Origin: Antedon mediterranea
Taxonomy: Eukaryota; Animalia; Echinodermata
Direction of reading: 5' to 3'
Assembly (NCBI RefSeq): GCF_964355755.1
Contig: NC_092677.1
Location: 3,494,101-3,558,100, forward strand
Length of the DNA stretch: 64,000 bases
The position numbers and the translations under genes are program-made. Of the stretch, positions 10,901 to 25,800 are shown in pieces (position 1 is the first letter of the stretch; each line of letters starts with the position of its first letter). The notes beneath the pieces are model-generated. The model did not search any database. It was given only the letters and a program-made list of their open reading frames with translations, and was not told the origin of the DNA.

Positions 10901-13900
10901 GAGAAAAGTTAATTCTTAACAAATACAGTAGTATTTATAAAATAGTTGTCTGACAATAATTATAAAATTTGAATTATTAAAGGCAAAGCTTTAAAAATAA
11001 CCCTAGTAATTTTTTTGCAAGCGGTAAACATAACGAGCGTCATTAGCCCCTCCCCCTTTTAAAATTGGGGCTACAGAACGTTTTTTTGTTGTTATAAGAT
11101 AGGAAATTCACCAAAGTTAATTCTTTTAACACAATTGAATTATCGCTCTAAATTCCATATGGGTCAAATAATAAATAACACGCCCTCTGTTGCTCTATTT
11201 ATTTTTATTTCGCTCACTTAAATTATTCGAAATGTTTACGATACCTTGTGTTTGACTCGTAATCAAAGGACGTGGAGCTGAACATGATGGTGGCGCACGT
11301 AAGCGAAGGTTTATCACCCCGAACTCCGTGATAATGCAGTTCAGTGTACAGAATCTCCAACTGGTAAATTTTCTCGTCAAGTTTATTTGGAACATCTATT
11401 TAAAATAAACAAGTTAGCTAATTATAATAAATATTTTTCAATATAAAATAGTGATTTAGATTTTTATAGCGGCATTTTAATGGTTATTGCTCGTGGCACT
11501 GTTTAAACTGACTCCGAACATCCTAGCACGAAACTCCGCTCAATCGTAGGTAGGGCGCCCTCACGGTGACTTTACAAGTACTTGTTTATGTACAATGCTT
11601 AAACACTTACCAGCATGCCTTGCCATCCAGTCAACACAAAACGCAACTTTATCACAATTTTCCTTCTGAAAAGGGGAAAGAAACAATTTTTTTTTTTAAA
11701 TTAATTGCTTTATTAAATTAATTCCAGTTTAGCCCAGGGGTTAACTGATAGTCAGAGGTTTTCTTTAATAACATTTAAAACATCATTAAAACAAACAATA
11801 TATAAACAATCCTCATAACTTTACTAAAAATTATAATTGTTAAAAAAAGATGATTCTTGACAATCAATAATTCTGTTTTCCCCCGCCTGCGTGAAATCAA
11901 ACCTGCTTGTGTGTCAACATTAGTTGCCGGCTTTGAGTAGGGGCTGTACTATGTTTTCCGGTGTTCTTTTGCCTTGAGTCGTTGCGTGAAACCGATTTGA
12001 TTTTCCATAGCGATGTTTGCAGCACTGTCTTTTCATCGGTTCCCATTTGTGATTACGCAATATGGAACCTTGCTTCGATACGTTATGTTCTAGTGGGACC
12101 CATGCTTTAGAAATTCTTGCGATTACTTACAAGTGTGTATAGGCATGGCAAAGATTTTCTCTTGTCCGGGTTAATGAAATTGCACATGTCGGCCCATAGT
12201 TCCCTATAATCTCTCTCTGCTCTGTCAAAGTTTTCAATTGGGATTTGGTGTTTATCATCACCTAGAAGATGACAACAAATTGAAATGTACCTATAGAAAC
12301 TATTAAACTTGTTGTAAGAAAATAACAAAATCCCAAGAAGCAGTTTAATTAATTAACAGGTTTGATGTTGTTCTCTGTACTATTATAGAGCAGGTTTTGG
12401 CAAACAGGCATCACATGTGATACAGGCATCACATTTAATACAGGCATCACATGTGATACAGGCATCACATGTGACACAGGCATCTCATGTAATACAGGTG
12501 TCACATGACATGTAATTGTTTGTATTGATGTATTGTTATGTGACACTGTATTACAGAATTTGCCATGATACTGTTATCTTATTTGTTACCATTACCGCTC
12601 GTCTGTATAAATTGGCCTTAAAGCTTGGTTCCCACTAGAACGTAATGTAAGGACGTAAACGCAACGCAAGCGTTTTAACCAATGACAAGCAAAGTTATAG
12701 ACAGTTAGCAATCACAAGCGAATAAGCCATCGCTTGTGATTGGTCAATTCACTTGCGTTGCGTTATGTCCTTGTGTTGCGTCGCCAGTGGGAACCACGCT
12801 TTAGGCTACAAGTCACAGGTTAATTTAATCACAAATTTTGAAATATTTATACCAAAAATGTCTTACTAGTTGACAAGCAGAGAAATCTAAAACCCATAGG
12901 TATTGGTCCAGGATCTATGAACCTATGAAATATTCTGATGATGCCGGCGCTAAGACTGTACTCAATAATGGCGACTTCAGCAGGTAGGTAGCCTTGATTA
13001 TCTGGAAACTTACACAATACCTCAAACGTGATGATGTAAAATATCTCTAAACAGACACCTGTGTGAATGAAATGATAATGGTCATTGTAAAGCTAAGAAT
13101 AGCAATTAAATATTTAAAGATGTATTGTCCCCAACAAACATGAAAAATGAATGAAGATTAAATCAGACTTTAAATAGGCCATTTTGCAGATTTAATAAAG
13201 TTATTCCTGTTCACTTATTAAAAAAAAATTTCACTTATAAAAAGACAAAAGAAATGTTTAATTTTAACCAAAACCATTGTCTGACAGACAATTTCAATAT
13301 TTTTTGCACTAAATAAATTTTTTTCGGGTAAATATATATTTTTTTGCGATCCATTTTTTGGTCACAGTGAATAACTATTATGTGACATTAACATGGCAAA
13401 AAATGTTTACAAAAAATTGTTTAAGGGGGACAATATTATTTATTATAGCGGCCAATGAATATTAACAGACATTTTTATATCCGGCTAGAATGGTTATAAA
13501 AATAAATTTAAAAAATAAAACAAAGCTAATTAAGGAAAAACTGAAGGAGTATAACTGTGACCACAATTCCATAGGCTTCTCAGAAAACGAGCTAAAAATA
13601 AACTATTTTTCTTTTCCGCTTCCTGTTTATAATAGAATATGTTCCTATTAACATACATTTAATATACACTAAACCTCTTAAGCTCTGTCTACACTATCAA
13701 ACTTTATGTGACAAAAAAATGTGATGTGCCCATATATGGACATGATGATATCATATCACTACCATATTTGGACATATCACTACCATATTTGGACATATCA
13801 CTACCATATTTGGGCATATCACTACCATATTTGGGCATATCACTACCATATTTGGGCATATCACTACCATATTTGGGCATATCACTACCATATTTGGGCA

Positions 13901-14864
13901 CATTCACACTTGATAGTGTAGACAGAGCTTTATATTTACCTTCTCCTTCAGGCCAGAATTCGCTTACACATCTTTGCATCCTTTCATTTCGCCTGTCTAT
14001 TTCATCAAGATCTATAGTCTCCTATAAATTAACAATCAAACAAAATTGAAAAATAATTACAACATTTAGTATGAAATTATTAGAGAAGATAATCAATTAT
14101 TTCATCAACATAATGTAATACTTACAGACATGAGGTTACCAACACAGTCAAGACGCCCTCCTGAGAGCACACCGCCAGCATCTCGCATTTTTCGTTTTGC
14201 TTCTTTGGCCTGATCATTGTACATCTCCCGCTCGTCTGCCGATAGATTCTGAAGGAAAATTATATGCTAGTTTTATGCTAATGAATTATCCTACAAATGT
14301 AGTATGCAAAAACACATGAATAATTTAAGCTACTTACTATGAATTCGACTCGGAAGTTAAAACGTCATTAAATTATTAAAACATTCAGAGAGTAAAAACT
14401 AGCCTTAAATAATAAAATGCTATTATAGTATTAATATTATTATATCACAGTGACCTAATAATCATTAGTTTTCACAATTTTTAAACAAGGAAGTAATAAT
14501 TTAATGAATTAAAAGTAATATTCTTTTTTTGTTAAAAAAAAAAATTCTAGGCCTAGGCTATTTTTTAAGGATATCACAGTGATGAATAAATCACATACAT
14601 GCTGACTGGCCTACCCTTAGTGCCAGCACGAGGTCTGCTGGATAATGGTGGGCGGTGTAGTAGTAGGCCTATAGGTAGCCTAGGCCCTATCCTCTAATGA
14701 TATGATTTATGATGCCTTTTTACCTTCCATAGTGGGTGAGCAATTTGAACCAACTCGTCCATTCTCTTATTATTGTGTCCTTGACGTTGAAGTTCAGGTT
14801 TTATATCTTGAATAAACATAGATAAACCAGTAATTTGCTTCTTGTTTTTCTTTTTATTAGGCAT
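7963..14864 (-). CDS. MAEL: Protein maelstrom (HMG box + MAEL domain), piRNA pathway
   Basis: Exons at about 14724-14864 (MPNKKKNKKQITGLSMFIQDIKPELQRQG...AHPLWK), 14126-14248, 13940-14022, 12870-13058 (YLPAEVAIIEYSL..GI...FHRFIDPGPIPMGFRF), 12131-12261 (HQIP), 11611-11665, 11244-11396, 10761-10823 (CDFHEELENKHCALA), 10499-10651 (YILSDSL), 10036-10138, 9753-9792, 8862-9068, 8347-8485 and 7963-8102 (ends GTGRGRGVLAYQNL*). Confidence 0.93.
9505..9738. repeat. 21-bp minisatellite (~11 units) inside a family A MITE
   Basis: (GATATGCCCAAATATAGTAGT)n follows the MITE left TIR directly. It explains the repetitive ORFs. Confidence 0.95.
12403..12512. repeat. 18-bp imperfect tandem repeat (~6 units)
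   Basis: (ACAGGCATCACATGTGAT)n in a mael intron. Confidence 0.85.
13113..13440. mobile_element. Kolobok-like non-autonomous element
   Basis: TTAA|AGATGTATTGTCCCC...GGGGACAATA. The same terminus is at ~5478, and related internal sequence is at ~18000-18870. Confidence 0.6.
13750..13905. repeat. 21-bp minisatellite (~7 units) inside a family A MITE
   Basis: (CATATCACTACCATATTTGG[G/A])n between intact TIRs at 13680-13930. Confidence 0.95.
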
Positions 14865-16819
14865 TTTGTTGTTGTGTTGCTTCTTTTCTTTCAACCGTAA
14901 TGCACTTTGGAGCTAGAGGCCTGTCTTGTGAAATGATTATTACTGGTAACACAGGAGCTCAGAGAGCGTGTTAGCGGAAGAGACAAGAACTAATTGTCGT
15001 CTGAACGGATGGCTTATCGGGAAATAAACATAGTGCCTTCCATTCTTATATAGGCATAATCCATTTTAACAATTAGTTCAATTACATTGATTTCCACTTA
15101 TAAGGCAATTTTAACATAAAATAAACAGTAATAATTATTTTTAAAATAAATAAATATATATTTATCTATTTAAATGAGTAAAGTTTAATTTTGTTAACGT
15201 CAAATTAAATTTAAATACCCCTATTATGTTATAGTATCGTCCATGCTGACCACATGTATTGGAAACGCTATTTTGAACATGCAGGGCGCCTCGGCGCGGC
15301 AGGATGTACCAAACTTTTGCGCTGATTTTGTGCGGGATTTTGTGTGTATTCCTTACTAATATGAGATATTTCTGTATTATATTAGGCCTACTGCTGTTTT
15401 TTCAGTTACCACCACCCATGATAACGGTTTGTTTTTCAATATAAAAATCAGTTTTCATGTGTATGACCAAAAGGGTGTGAGTAGGCTAAATGTACAAATA
15501 CAGATAGGCCTACAATAAAAAAAGGGTGTAGGCCTACTCAGCAAGCATTATTGTACCCTCATTATTTCAAATAAGTGTGACGAATTTCACTTTCTTTCCG
15601 TCTTCAAACTTTAAATTAGTCACTTTTATTGATTCTTTCTGGAAATTGCTCATATAAAAATATAAGTATGTATAAAAATATAACAGGTAAAATTAGTACA
15701 ACGCATAGGCCTAAACAAGAAGACACGGACATCAGACATGAGGAGTGGTCTTCTAAGACACCTAGATAAGGCTTAGATAGCCAGAGTTTGCTCATTCGCA
15801 GCATGGCACAAAGTAGGCCTACTACGCAACGCAAGGGATACGTGGTGGATCATCCGAACTGTTGCTTGTGATTGATTAATAAATCGCATTAAAATCTAGA
15901 GTAGAATCTTTTATCTCCACCATTTTTTAACAATAAGTGTAATCTTGAACTTCTGCCAATGGATGTCTATTGTCGAGCGTGTTCACACGATAGAATAGAA
16001 TGAATAGATGGAATCAGGCACTCAGTGATGCGAATCTGACCTTGATGTAGCTGCAGAATGCATACGCTATTTTTGTTTGATAAAGACGGGATAAACTGTC
16101 CTATTGAAGCGTGCAACAAAAATATATTATATAATGTAAATAATGTAATATTATATAAGTTTTTAAACAAAGCAAATCGCTTGAAAAAAGCAAGACAAAC
16201 AAATACTCATAATAAACAAATACAACGAAGAAGCGCTCAGAGTTTGAGCGAAAAACAGTTAACTAGAGATTATGATGAACTTTCCTGACGTCATCCATAT
16301 CGATTTTCTTTAAAATTTCATTTCATTTCAATTCGCTTAGTGGGATTGATCAATAACAAGCGCTGGATACGAACTGTCGCTTGTCATTGGTTAACTCGCT
16401 GGCGATTTTCGTCTTTGCGCGTTGCGTCTTTAAGAGATATACTAATTTCCAATATGAACAAATCGATTAATTCATTTTAATAAGTCAGGTAGCTGACATG
16501 AAAATTGTTATTAGAAATTACATATCCAATCGATAAAACGCAAGGCTATTGTGATACGGCCAACCGAGGAAATAAATAAACTCCTTACAAAATAACAACG
16601 CATACAAACACAAAAAGATATAACACTTATCTATATTACAAAAGAATTACAAAAGAATAACTCACCTCGTATAAGATTAAACAGTATTAAAAACGTATAC
16701 AATAATCACGCTCAAGTGAGTCTCATTTTCCATTAACTTAGTCACAAGCAGCGTCTAAGCGCGGAACCAACTGTTATTTATACATTTCTGTGTGTATTTT
16801 TTTTCTAATAAGTCTCACT

Positions 16820-19800
16820 ATGTCTGAGATTGTATCAAAGACGATATTGTTTGTTTGTATGTATTTTGTGTTAGTAAACACCGAAGATTCCATCAACGAG
16901 GATCACGAGGTTGTTATGAATGCCGAGTATGATTTTAAGCTAAAATGGCGAATTGATGGTGGAGACATTCTCCTTGAAATCAGTGCCGATACGATGGGAT
17001 ATGTCGCCATTGGCTTTTCTCCTAACGGTGGAATGCCCGGATCGGATATCGTGATCGGATGGGTCAGAAATGGTCAACCATATTTGTCTGTAAGTTGATT
17101 AAATATCTTGAAAATTATTTTGTTTTTCTCAAACACATTGCATAATTGTACCAGAAGGTCCACTGAATAACTTCAAGGATAACTCCAGAATAAACAAACC
17201 GATATCTATTTGATCTTTTTTTAAACTCTTATAGCCTAAGCTTCACATTTTTCCATGTATGCCTCGTAACATTATTTACAACAATTGAATACTGTTACTG
17301 AAAACAAGTTTGAATTGACCAATAGAGTACCAGTAATGTTTTAGCCAAGTCAATGACAATTTTCATAGCATTGGATTTTTCAAAACAAAAATATGACACT
17401 TTATTATCTACTCAATATTCAAATTATTATAACTGTAGTTTCTTAGTTTTGTCTGTTGTTGCATCGAGATCATTCAACTTCATCAACGATATTTTTGGTA
17501 TATAATATCCTTTTCTTGGTTCTCATTTGCATAAGGGCGCGTACACGCCATACGCAAGTAAGTTGACCAATTACAAGCGACATTATTTTGCTTGTTATTA
17601 ATAAAGTCAATTCGATTGCGCTTACGATACTGTACGTGATCTAATTGCGTTGCGTCCTAGCCCGAGATTAACCCAAGATTTACAAGATGTGAAAAAAAGT
17701 AGTTGGCTTTTCATAATTCGTTATCATTCTTATATTTAGGACCGTTATGCAACTGAATATGCAAAACCGGAAGCGGATACATCTCAGGATTATACTCTTC
17801 TGTATGGACGTGAAGAAGGAGGTCGAACAACAGTTGGATTTAGACGGGCATTGAATACATGCGACGACAAGGATAACGTAATAAATGTACGAATACTCAT
17901 TACTTGTCATTATTCTTTAACTAAGGTCAAGAACTTTTGATGACCTATAACCCACCAGACCTGTATCTAAATACAGATTTCCATTTTTAAAGTGGGCCAA
18001 TACAATTTCTTGAATCTTGAAGCTTGAATCCTGAAGAATTAAAGTTATGTGGTCCCTCAAAATCATGAAAAATAAACATGTCTAAAATCAGACTTTGAAT
18101 AGGCCATTTTGCAATTTTAATCTAAGTTTAATAAAGTTATTTACTTTTATAGAAAAAACGAACAAAGTAATAATTTCATTTTCGTTTATTCAAATTTAAC
18201 AAAAAACTTGGCTGGCAGCCAATTTAATATTTTTGCTTTAAAGATGTATTGTCTCTTTGACTAATTCCTAAAAAATTTTTTTTTTAATATTTCGAAAAAA
18301 AGTGGGTCATTTTAAAGTATCATAATAGTTATTAACTTTCACTAAAAATTTGTCGAAAAGAAAATTATTTAACTGAAATACAGACATACTTTTGTTCAAA
18401 AAATAACTTTGACTTCCAGTCAAAGTTTTCGATCAAAACATATTTCATAATGCAACGCGCTTGTTTGGCTACTCTGTATGCATAATCATAAAACTTCCTT
18501 GCGACGATCTGTGTGAAAACACCTTCTCAAACCGTGACGAGTTGTTAGCATCATGCATAATGCATACTCATGGTTTGAAATCTTTTCCAGCAAAATGTAA
18601 TCAAATTAATTTACCGGTTAATTACGTAAACTTGATGTTTTTGGCCCGAATTTTCGACTTAAAGTGAATAACTTTAATATTACTTTGATATGGCCAATTT
18701 AAATCTAGAATATTTTGACCTTCATTTTTTTGTGTTTCAAGGGACAATACATCTTTAAATTACAGGTTTTTTTTCAGGTAAATATTTTTTTTGACGATTC
18801 AGTGTTTGGTCATAGTGAATAAACATCAAAATGGCATATTCAACAAACAAGTATTATTCAGGGGTACAATATTTATTTTTAAGTGAGGTAATTCAGTTCA
18901 AGTCCCTGTACTGTAGTAAAGATTATCGTCGCCACAGATCGACAGTTTTTGTTATCAACTACATGTACAAAAGATAACGATAATTGAAAGACAATTTTTC
19001 CTGTTGTCGTGTTTTGAATTTACATCTGTACAAAAGGAAATTGGTTCAATGGGTATGGATAAATAGGTAGCATGCACTGCAGACGCCTTTGTGTCCATTT
19101 TTTTTTGTACCCGAGCGGTTTTGAATAATTATCTATAGCTTTACAATTTGGTTATACAATTGGTTTTCACAATATTAGTTTTGCTTACAAAATTTCGAAC
19201 TTTCATTATAATGCTTCTTTACTTATTAAACCTTGGTTCCCACTAGAGTTTTGCTCATATATTTGGAACTGTCATTGTAATGCTCTTTTACTTATTAAAC
19301 CTTGTTTCCCACTAGAGCTTTGCTTTTATAATGCTTCTTTACTTATTGAAACTTGGTTTCCACTAGACACACAACGTAAAGGCGTTAATATAAGCGCAAT
19401 TTGACCAATCACAAGCGATGGATTATCCGAACTTTCATTTGTCATTGGTCACTCGCTCGCATTGCGTTTATGTCGTTTGTTACGTCCTCCTGGTAAGGAA
19501 CCAAGCTTACTAACGTATTTTTCTTTATTATTTATCCTAGGATGACACACTTAGAGTCATTTGGGCCGTGAATAACATGGATCCTGTCAATTCTGACGAC
19601 ATCATCTACCACGGCACGTCACGTGGAGTGCGATCAATCCTACTGCTTAGTTCTCAAGAAGCTGACTTCGACTTTCCCGAAGAATACAACTATTTTGATG
19701 GATTTATGCCAAACGTATTTATACTTTTCTAAAGCTCTGTTTACACTATCAAACTCTATGTGACAAAAAAATGTTCTCATAATTATATGGACATGATGAT

Positions 19801-22800
19801 GTCATATCACTACCATATTTGTGCATATCACTACCATATTTGTGCATATCACTACCATATTTGTGCATATCACTACCATATTTGTGCATATCACTACCAT
19901 ATTTGTGCATATCACTACCATATTTGTGCATATCACTACCATATTTGTGCATATCACTACCACATTTCGGAATACATCTCACTTTTTTTTCACTAGTTTG
20001 ATAATGTAGACAGAGCTTTACTTTCTTTTGTTTGCCCATGATATTGGTAGTAAACATAAACAGAATGGGAACGGTTAAACAATAATAAAAAAAAACCGAG
20101 AGAATCTATAGCCTTTTCTTTATGTTTTTCATATAATTTATTTTAGGTGACAGTACCCGACGATAGCGATACAACATACTTGTGTTTTTCTTTACCTGTT
20201 CCAAAATTTGACAGCCCAGTACATATTTTCCGGGTAAGTTCCAGGCCTTATGAATTTTATAAACAGAATAAAGTTTACTTTTAGAATACATTTAAACATA
20301 AGTTATGTGTCAACATATTCTGTAGTAACTAATTAAAACTATACGGAACCATTTTCCCCGATATGATAATACTCAATATAAAGAATGCAACAGAGGGCGT
20401 GCTATTTATTATTTCGGCCCATATTGAAGATAGAGATAACTCGAGATTTTAATTAGTATTTGTAACGTCACCATCGATTTTTTATAAAATTCAACGATAA
20501 TAATAAGTTTGGACGCTGCAAAAAAACAAAGCACGTGATGTCGGGCAATAGGCTTCTGACGACAAGAAGTAGGCCTACACATTAACGACAATCAGCTAAA
20601 TTCATTCGTAGGCCTACTTTACTTTACTGACTTGTTACAACAGCGAAACTTACACTGGTCTCCCGTGATGTGCTCGAATAAACCCCGAGTAGTCCTACAA
20701 ATCTTTCTCCGTATTTATGCCGTTTATGCATGACGTCATTCTATTTTAATCATGCATAGAGGCTATCGGTAAGTGGAAAACCATGTAGCTTGTCCCACGT
20801 AGAATCTGTATCTATCCCGAGCGCGGAAACCGCAAGTCCGTTCTCACACAAGTCACAAGTCACAAATCAGTTTATTTGATCCAAAAGAAAAAAAAAATAA
20901 TACAAAGCAAAAAATATACAAAAGGACCAGGGAGACTTCCATTAAGGCCAAAAGCCGCATGCATGGAAGCCACCCGAACATTTTAAATAATATATAATTC
21001 TCATGTATATAATATAATTAAAAAAATTAACAAATCATAACATTAACAGAATCATATCAGAACAGCTACAACCCATCTCTATTACATATATAACAATTTT
21101 GGATATAACATACATCATATTCTGAAATAAAATTATTTTTTAAATATGTAGAAAAACCTTTCAAAGAATGTGTATTTACCTTTTCAGTAATCAAATTTAC
21201 AGTATTGTTAATTAATAAAGGTAGGCTATACCTAATACACTTCTTTGCAAACTCATGATTGACCCTCACAACATGAAAGTTGTCTTTAATACGTGTGTTA
21301 TACGAATGTAAAGCTGAATTTAGTTCTAAAGAAAACCTTTGAAAATAATCAGGTAACATATTATTTGAATATTTATAGTAAAATTTTAATTGGCATAGTT
21401 TATGAATATCACATACATTTAGAAATCTGAATTTTTTAAAAAGAGGTTCAGAATGGGCATTGTATTTACTTTGAGTAATAATACGTAAGGCTTTTTTCTG
21501 CAATATTGTTACTCTTTTACAAACATAACCCCAAAGCAGTATACCATAATTTATGTGTGAAACAACTAAAGAGTTATATAAAATATTCATAACATTTGCT
21601 GGGATAAAGCGCTTGAGTTTATTTAAAATGCCAATAGTTTTGGAAATCTTATTTGAAATATAATCACCATGGCTATTCCAATTTAGATGTTCATTAATTA
21701 TTATACCAAGGAAGTTGAAATTATGAACCCGCTGAATCTTAACATTGTCAATTTCTATATCCAACGTATCAACACGACGTTTACTCATATGAAATATCAT
21801 ATACTTCGACTTCAATACATTTAAAGATAATTTGTTTAATTTAAGCCATTCACTAACTTTATCAAGTTCAATGTTGAGAATGTTGTTAATTGGATTACAT
21901 GTCCTGAGGGTACTTAAAAGTGTTGTATCGTCTGCATATATTATAGTTTTAAAAATAGTGCTAACGTTTGCGATATCGTTTATGTATATGATAAACAAAA
22001 GCGGACCCAGTATTGATCCTTGTGGAACACCTGTAGTTATCTGTAAAATATCAGATTGAGTTCCATTAATGTCCACATATTGTTTACGATTCGTTAAATA
22101 ATCCTTCATAAGATTAAGTGAATTCGAATGAAGGCCATAATGATTCAATTTATGCAACATTATTTTATGATCCAATGTATCAAATGCTTTTGATAGGTCC
22201 AAATATATGTTAATTGGTATTTCATAATTGTCCATGTCTTGAATAACTTTATCTACAAGCTCAAGTGCAGCTAATTCCGTAGAATGGCCTGACCGAAAAC
22301 CATATTGGCTGCTGTAAAATAATTTATTTATTTGAAAGTGCAAATATAATTGGTTGTAAATTACTTTTTCAAAAATTTTGGATATTGCAGGGAGCAACGA
22401 AATTGGACGATAATTTGTAAAACAGGAGTTATCACCATTTTTAAACAAAGGTATAACTCTGGCTATTTTCAGTTTATCAGGAAAAATCCCTGTGTTTATC
22501 ATTTGATTTATAATTATTGTGAGTGGTTTGATTATAATTGATTTAATTGATTTAATTAATTTCGTTGATAAACCATCCCAACCACAACTTGACTTTGATT
22601 TTAATTTATCTATAATTTCCAAAACTGTATCTTCATTTACATTTTCAAAATTAAAGTTATCTGTTTTATTTGAAAGAAAATGTTCAAAAGATTTGTTACA
22701 GCTGTCAGTATTGATTTTATTTGCAAGGTTTGGGCCAATATTTGTGAAATATAAATTAAATTGATTTGCTATTTCTAATTGATTTGTTATTGATCGATCA

Positions 22801-25800
22801 TCATCTTTAAATAATTCAGGAAACTGTCTACAATTTTTTGTTTTATTTAGAACATCATTTATGGTTGACCATGTTTTACGAACGTCATCTTTACATTTGG
22901 AAAAGCATGATTCATAATACATTTTTTTAGCTGTCCTAATATTACATTTAAGAATGTTGTTATATGTTTTAAGATTTATTTTTAATGTATCATGCTCATT
23001 TGATGTTATTGGTGTTCTTTTTAATTTTAGGTGTAATTTATCCCTAAACTTGATAGATTTGATTATTCCACTAGTAATCCAATTTGATTTTTTGTGTTTA
23101 TGTTTATTAAATTTTACAATTTTATAAGGCATACATTTATTTTTAGCAGTCGTTATAAGATTATTCATGATATTATAATTTCTGTTGGGGTTTGTAGCAG
23201 GGTCATGATCTAATTTTAAAAGTATGTCAGAGTTTTCTATTTCATTAACAAATTTGATGATGTCACTATGATTATAACTTTTAACATGGTGAACAGGATT
23301 TGCTTTTTTAAGATATGTATTTAGTATATCAAGACATAGAAAATAAGGTTGATGGTCACTGAATTTCTTAATCATAATACCAGAATTAGCACTATTTGAT
23401 GATCAGAGTATCGATCAGAGTTCCACTTCGGTTTGAAAATCTAGTTGGCAATGTGATATAGGGGAAATAACTGAAACTTGTCAATGTATCAAAAAAATTA
23501 CTAAAACATTCTTTTTCATTTATTTTAAGTAGATTAATGTTTGTGTCTCCAGTTATAATAATCTCTTGATTGAGTTTGTCAAAACGTGTAAGTTCAGGGA
23601 CCAACTCCTGTATAATCCTATTGTAATTTTCATTTAGATCTTTAGGTGGGCGATATATATTACCAAGGAGTATGTTTTTCACCAAATTATTCCCTGTTAT
23701 TTCAAGAAATTGACCTTCCCATTCAGTAGAATGAACAACACTTGATTTCATAGTGTAATTAAAATCTTTATGTAGGTATATAATCAAACCCCCTTTTGAG
23801 CTACACGATTTACCCTGTGAAATACATACATAAAGTTCAATTTGTGAAGTATCGGCAGTGTCACTCAACCATGACTCTTGTATACAAATAGCAGAAAAAT
23901 AAAACTGTTTAGTTGCTAAATCATTTAAAAATACAACTAATTCATTGAATTTAGCATGTATTGATTGGATATTCGTGCTAAGTATACAGAAATTGTTTTT
24001 TCGTAACTCAAGAAAATTCAACATAGAATCACAATCATAATATGGAGAGTGTTTAAGTAACTGAACTGGATTATCACTTAAATCATTTTCATCAAGACAC
24101 AAAATGTTTTGTAGAGAGTTACCATCTACACCACCATAGTTTTGCAATATTGAATTATCAAGTGTATTCATCATTAAACTGTATAAAACTTAAATATATT
24201 GACATCCCAAAATACATAACTATGTTTGGGTCTAAATAATCTAGAACATTTCTGTAAGGCATAACAAAAAAAAAGAAAAAAAAGGTGAAACATCAGAAAA
24301 GATTTATAAAAACAAAATAAATTTTCCAACTTGTATCGCCTTATCTAAAGGTCAACCAGCTCATATTGTTAGTTATAGAATGTCAATCATTGTTATATAT
24401 TTATAGTTCAAGCTTTTAAATCGTTTAGGTTCCGAGATAGATCTAGTTGATTACTGATGGTAAGTTTTTTTCATGCCGTTGGTAAGAATAAAGATCTTGC
24501 CGTCAAGTGTCCATGTAGATTTAATGAACTTCGCATATTTGGTTTTTATGACTCGTAATAGCTCCGAGCGTTTCAGGGTCAGATTCTCATGTATGAAGTA
24601 TTTAGTCCCTTTAAATTGCTTCTTTGCATTAAATACTTCTCTTCTTTTGTTGTAGTTTGAGAATTTAATGATAACACGTCTAGGTTTGTTAGCGTCTGAG
24701 CCCTTACTTTGTCCTAGTCTATGAGTTCTATCTATGTCGGCAATTCCAACGCTGACATTAAGCTTTTCTTGAAGCAGATTGATAATCTTGGTGAGCTTAC
24801 CAATTAGATGTTCTTGTACGGAATTTGATACAGCTGCAGCAATGTTCTTCATAAATGTGGAGTCAGGTGCTAAGCATTTCGTAAGCTCTAAGTCGATCAG
24901 TTCTTTAATTTCTGTTTTTTCAGTAGGCCCAATGGATTCTGCTTGGTTTCCAGATCCGCCGGAGTCAGCTACGTTTTCTCCGGAATCTTTAGGAGTCGGT
25001 TTTTTCTTACTACCACCAGCCATCATCAGTGTAATTGTAATAATGAAATGGGCAGGTGGACGGCTTGGGCTTGAGAGTGTAGTAATCTGATTGGTTGGTA
25101 TCTAACAATAGGAGCCGGGAGAGCTACGTTTAGGCACGTCCGTTCGCCATGGCTGCTAATTCACAAAAAAAAAAATAAATGTATGTAATGGTAAGGAATA
25201 ATTACATAGATTGATATTATGTTTATTACCGTTACCGCTCGATCGCCTGTGTAAATTGGCCTTTACGGTGTGTACACTGGCGCCATCATAGGAACTGTAT
25301 ACATTGGTCAGGGTGCAAATGTATTTATGAATGCTTCCTTTTTTTCCAGGCCGAAACTATCGTTCAAGAGGGGCATGAGTCGTTGGTTCATCATTTACTG
25401 GTGTACAGTTGTCAAGGTACAACCACGAACTGGACCGGTGACTGTTATGATTCAGCTAACATGCCAACGGACTTGCGAGATTGTGACCGTTTACTATACG
25501 GATGGGCTGTCGGTGCCCAGGTAAGTAATTCATCTAATAATCAATGGCGGATCCAGAAAATAGAGGGACGGGGGGAAGGAGGAGGGGATGTATAGGTATA
25601 AACATGTAATATGCATAAATAGTAAAATGAAATCAGAATTCAACTCAAGCCATAAGCAAAAATTAATGTTAGTTATTCCTTAAAGCTTGGTTCCCACTAG
25701 AGACGTACGCGCAACGCAAGCGAGTTGACCAATGACATGCCACTGTTCGAATCATCCATCACTTGTGATTGGTCAAATCAATTACGTTACGTCTTTGCGT

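Larger units (their letters stand above)
20845..25156 (-). mobile_element. Near full-length non-LTR retrotransposon, CR1/L2 group (Crack-like), in intron 4 of MOXD1 copy 1
   Basis: ORF1, APE endonuclease and RT on the minus strand. The 3' end reads AATAAA followed by a short (GACTTGT)n tail, and the 5' end reads CATGGCGAACGGACGTG...TAGCTC. Confidence 0.92.

Noticed and set aside
3680-14864. Three HMG boxes within 12 kb as a functional cluster
   Set aside because: They belong to unrelated subfamilies (BBX, SMARCE1, MAEL) and one is a fragment. There is no sign of shared origin.
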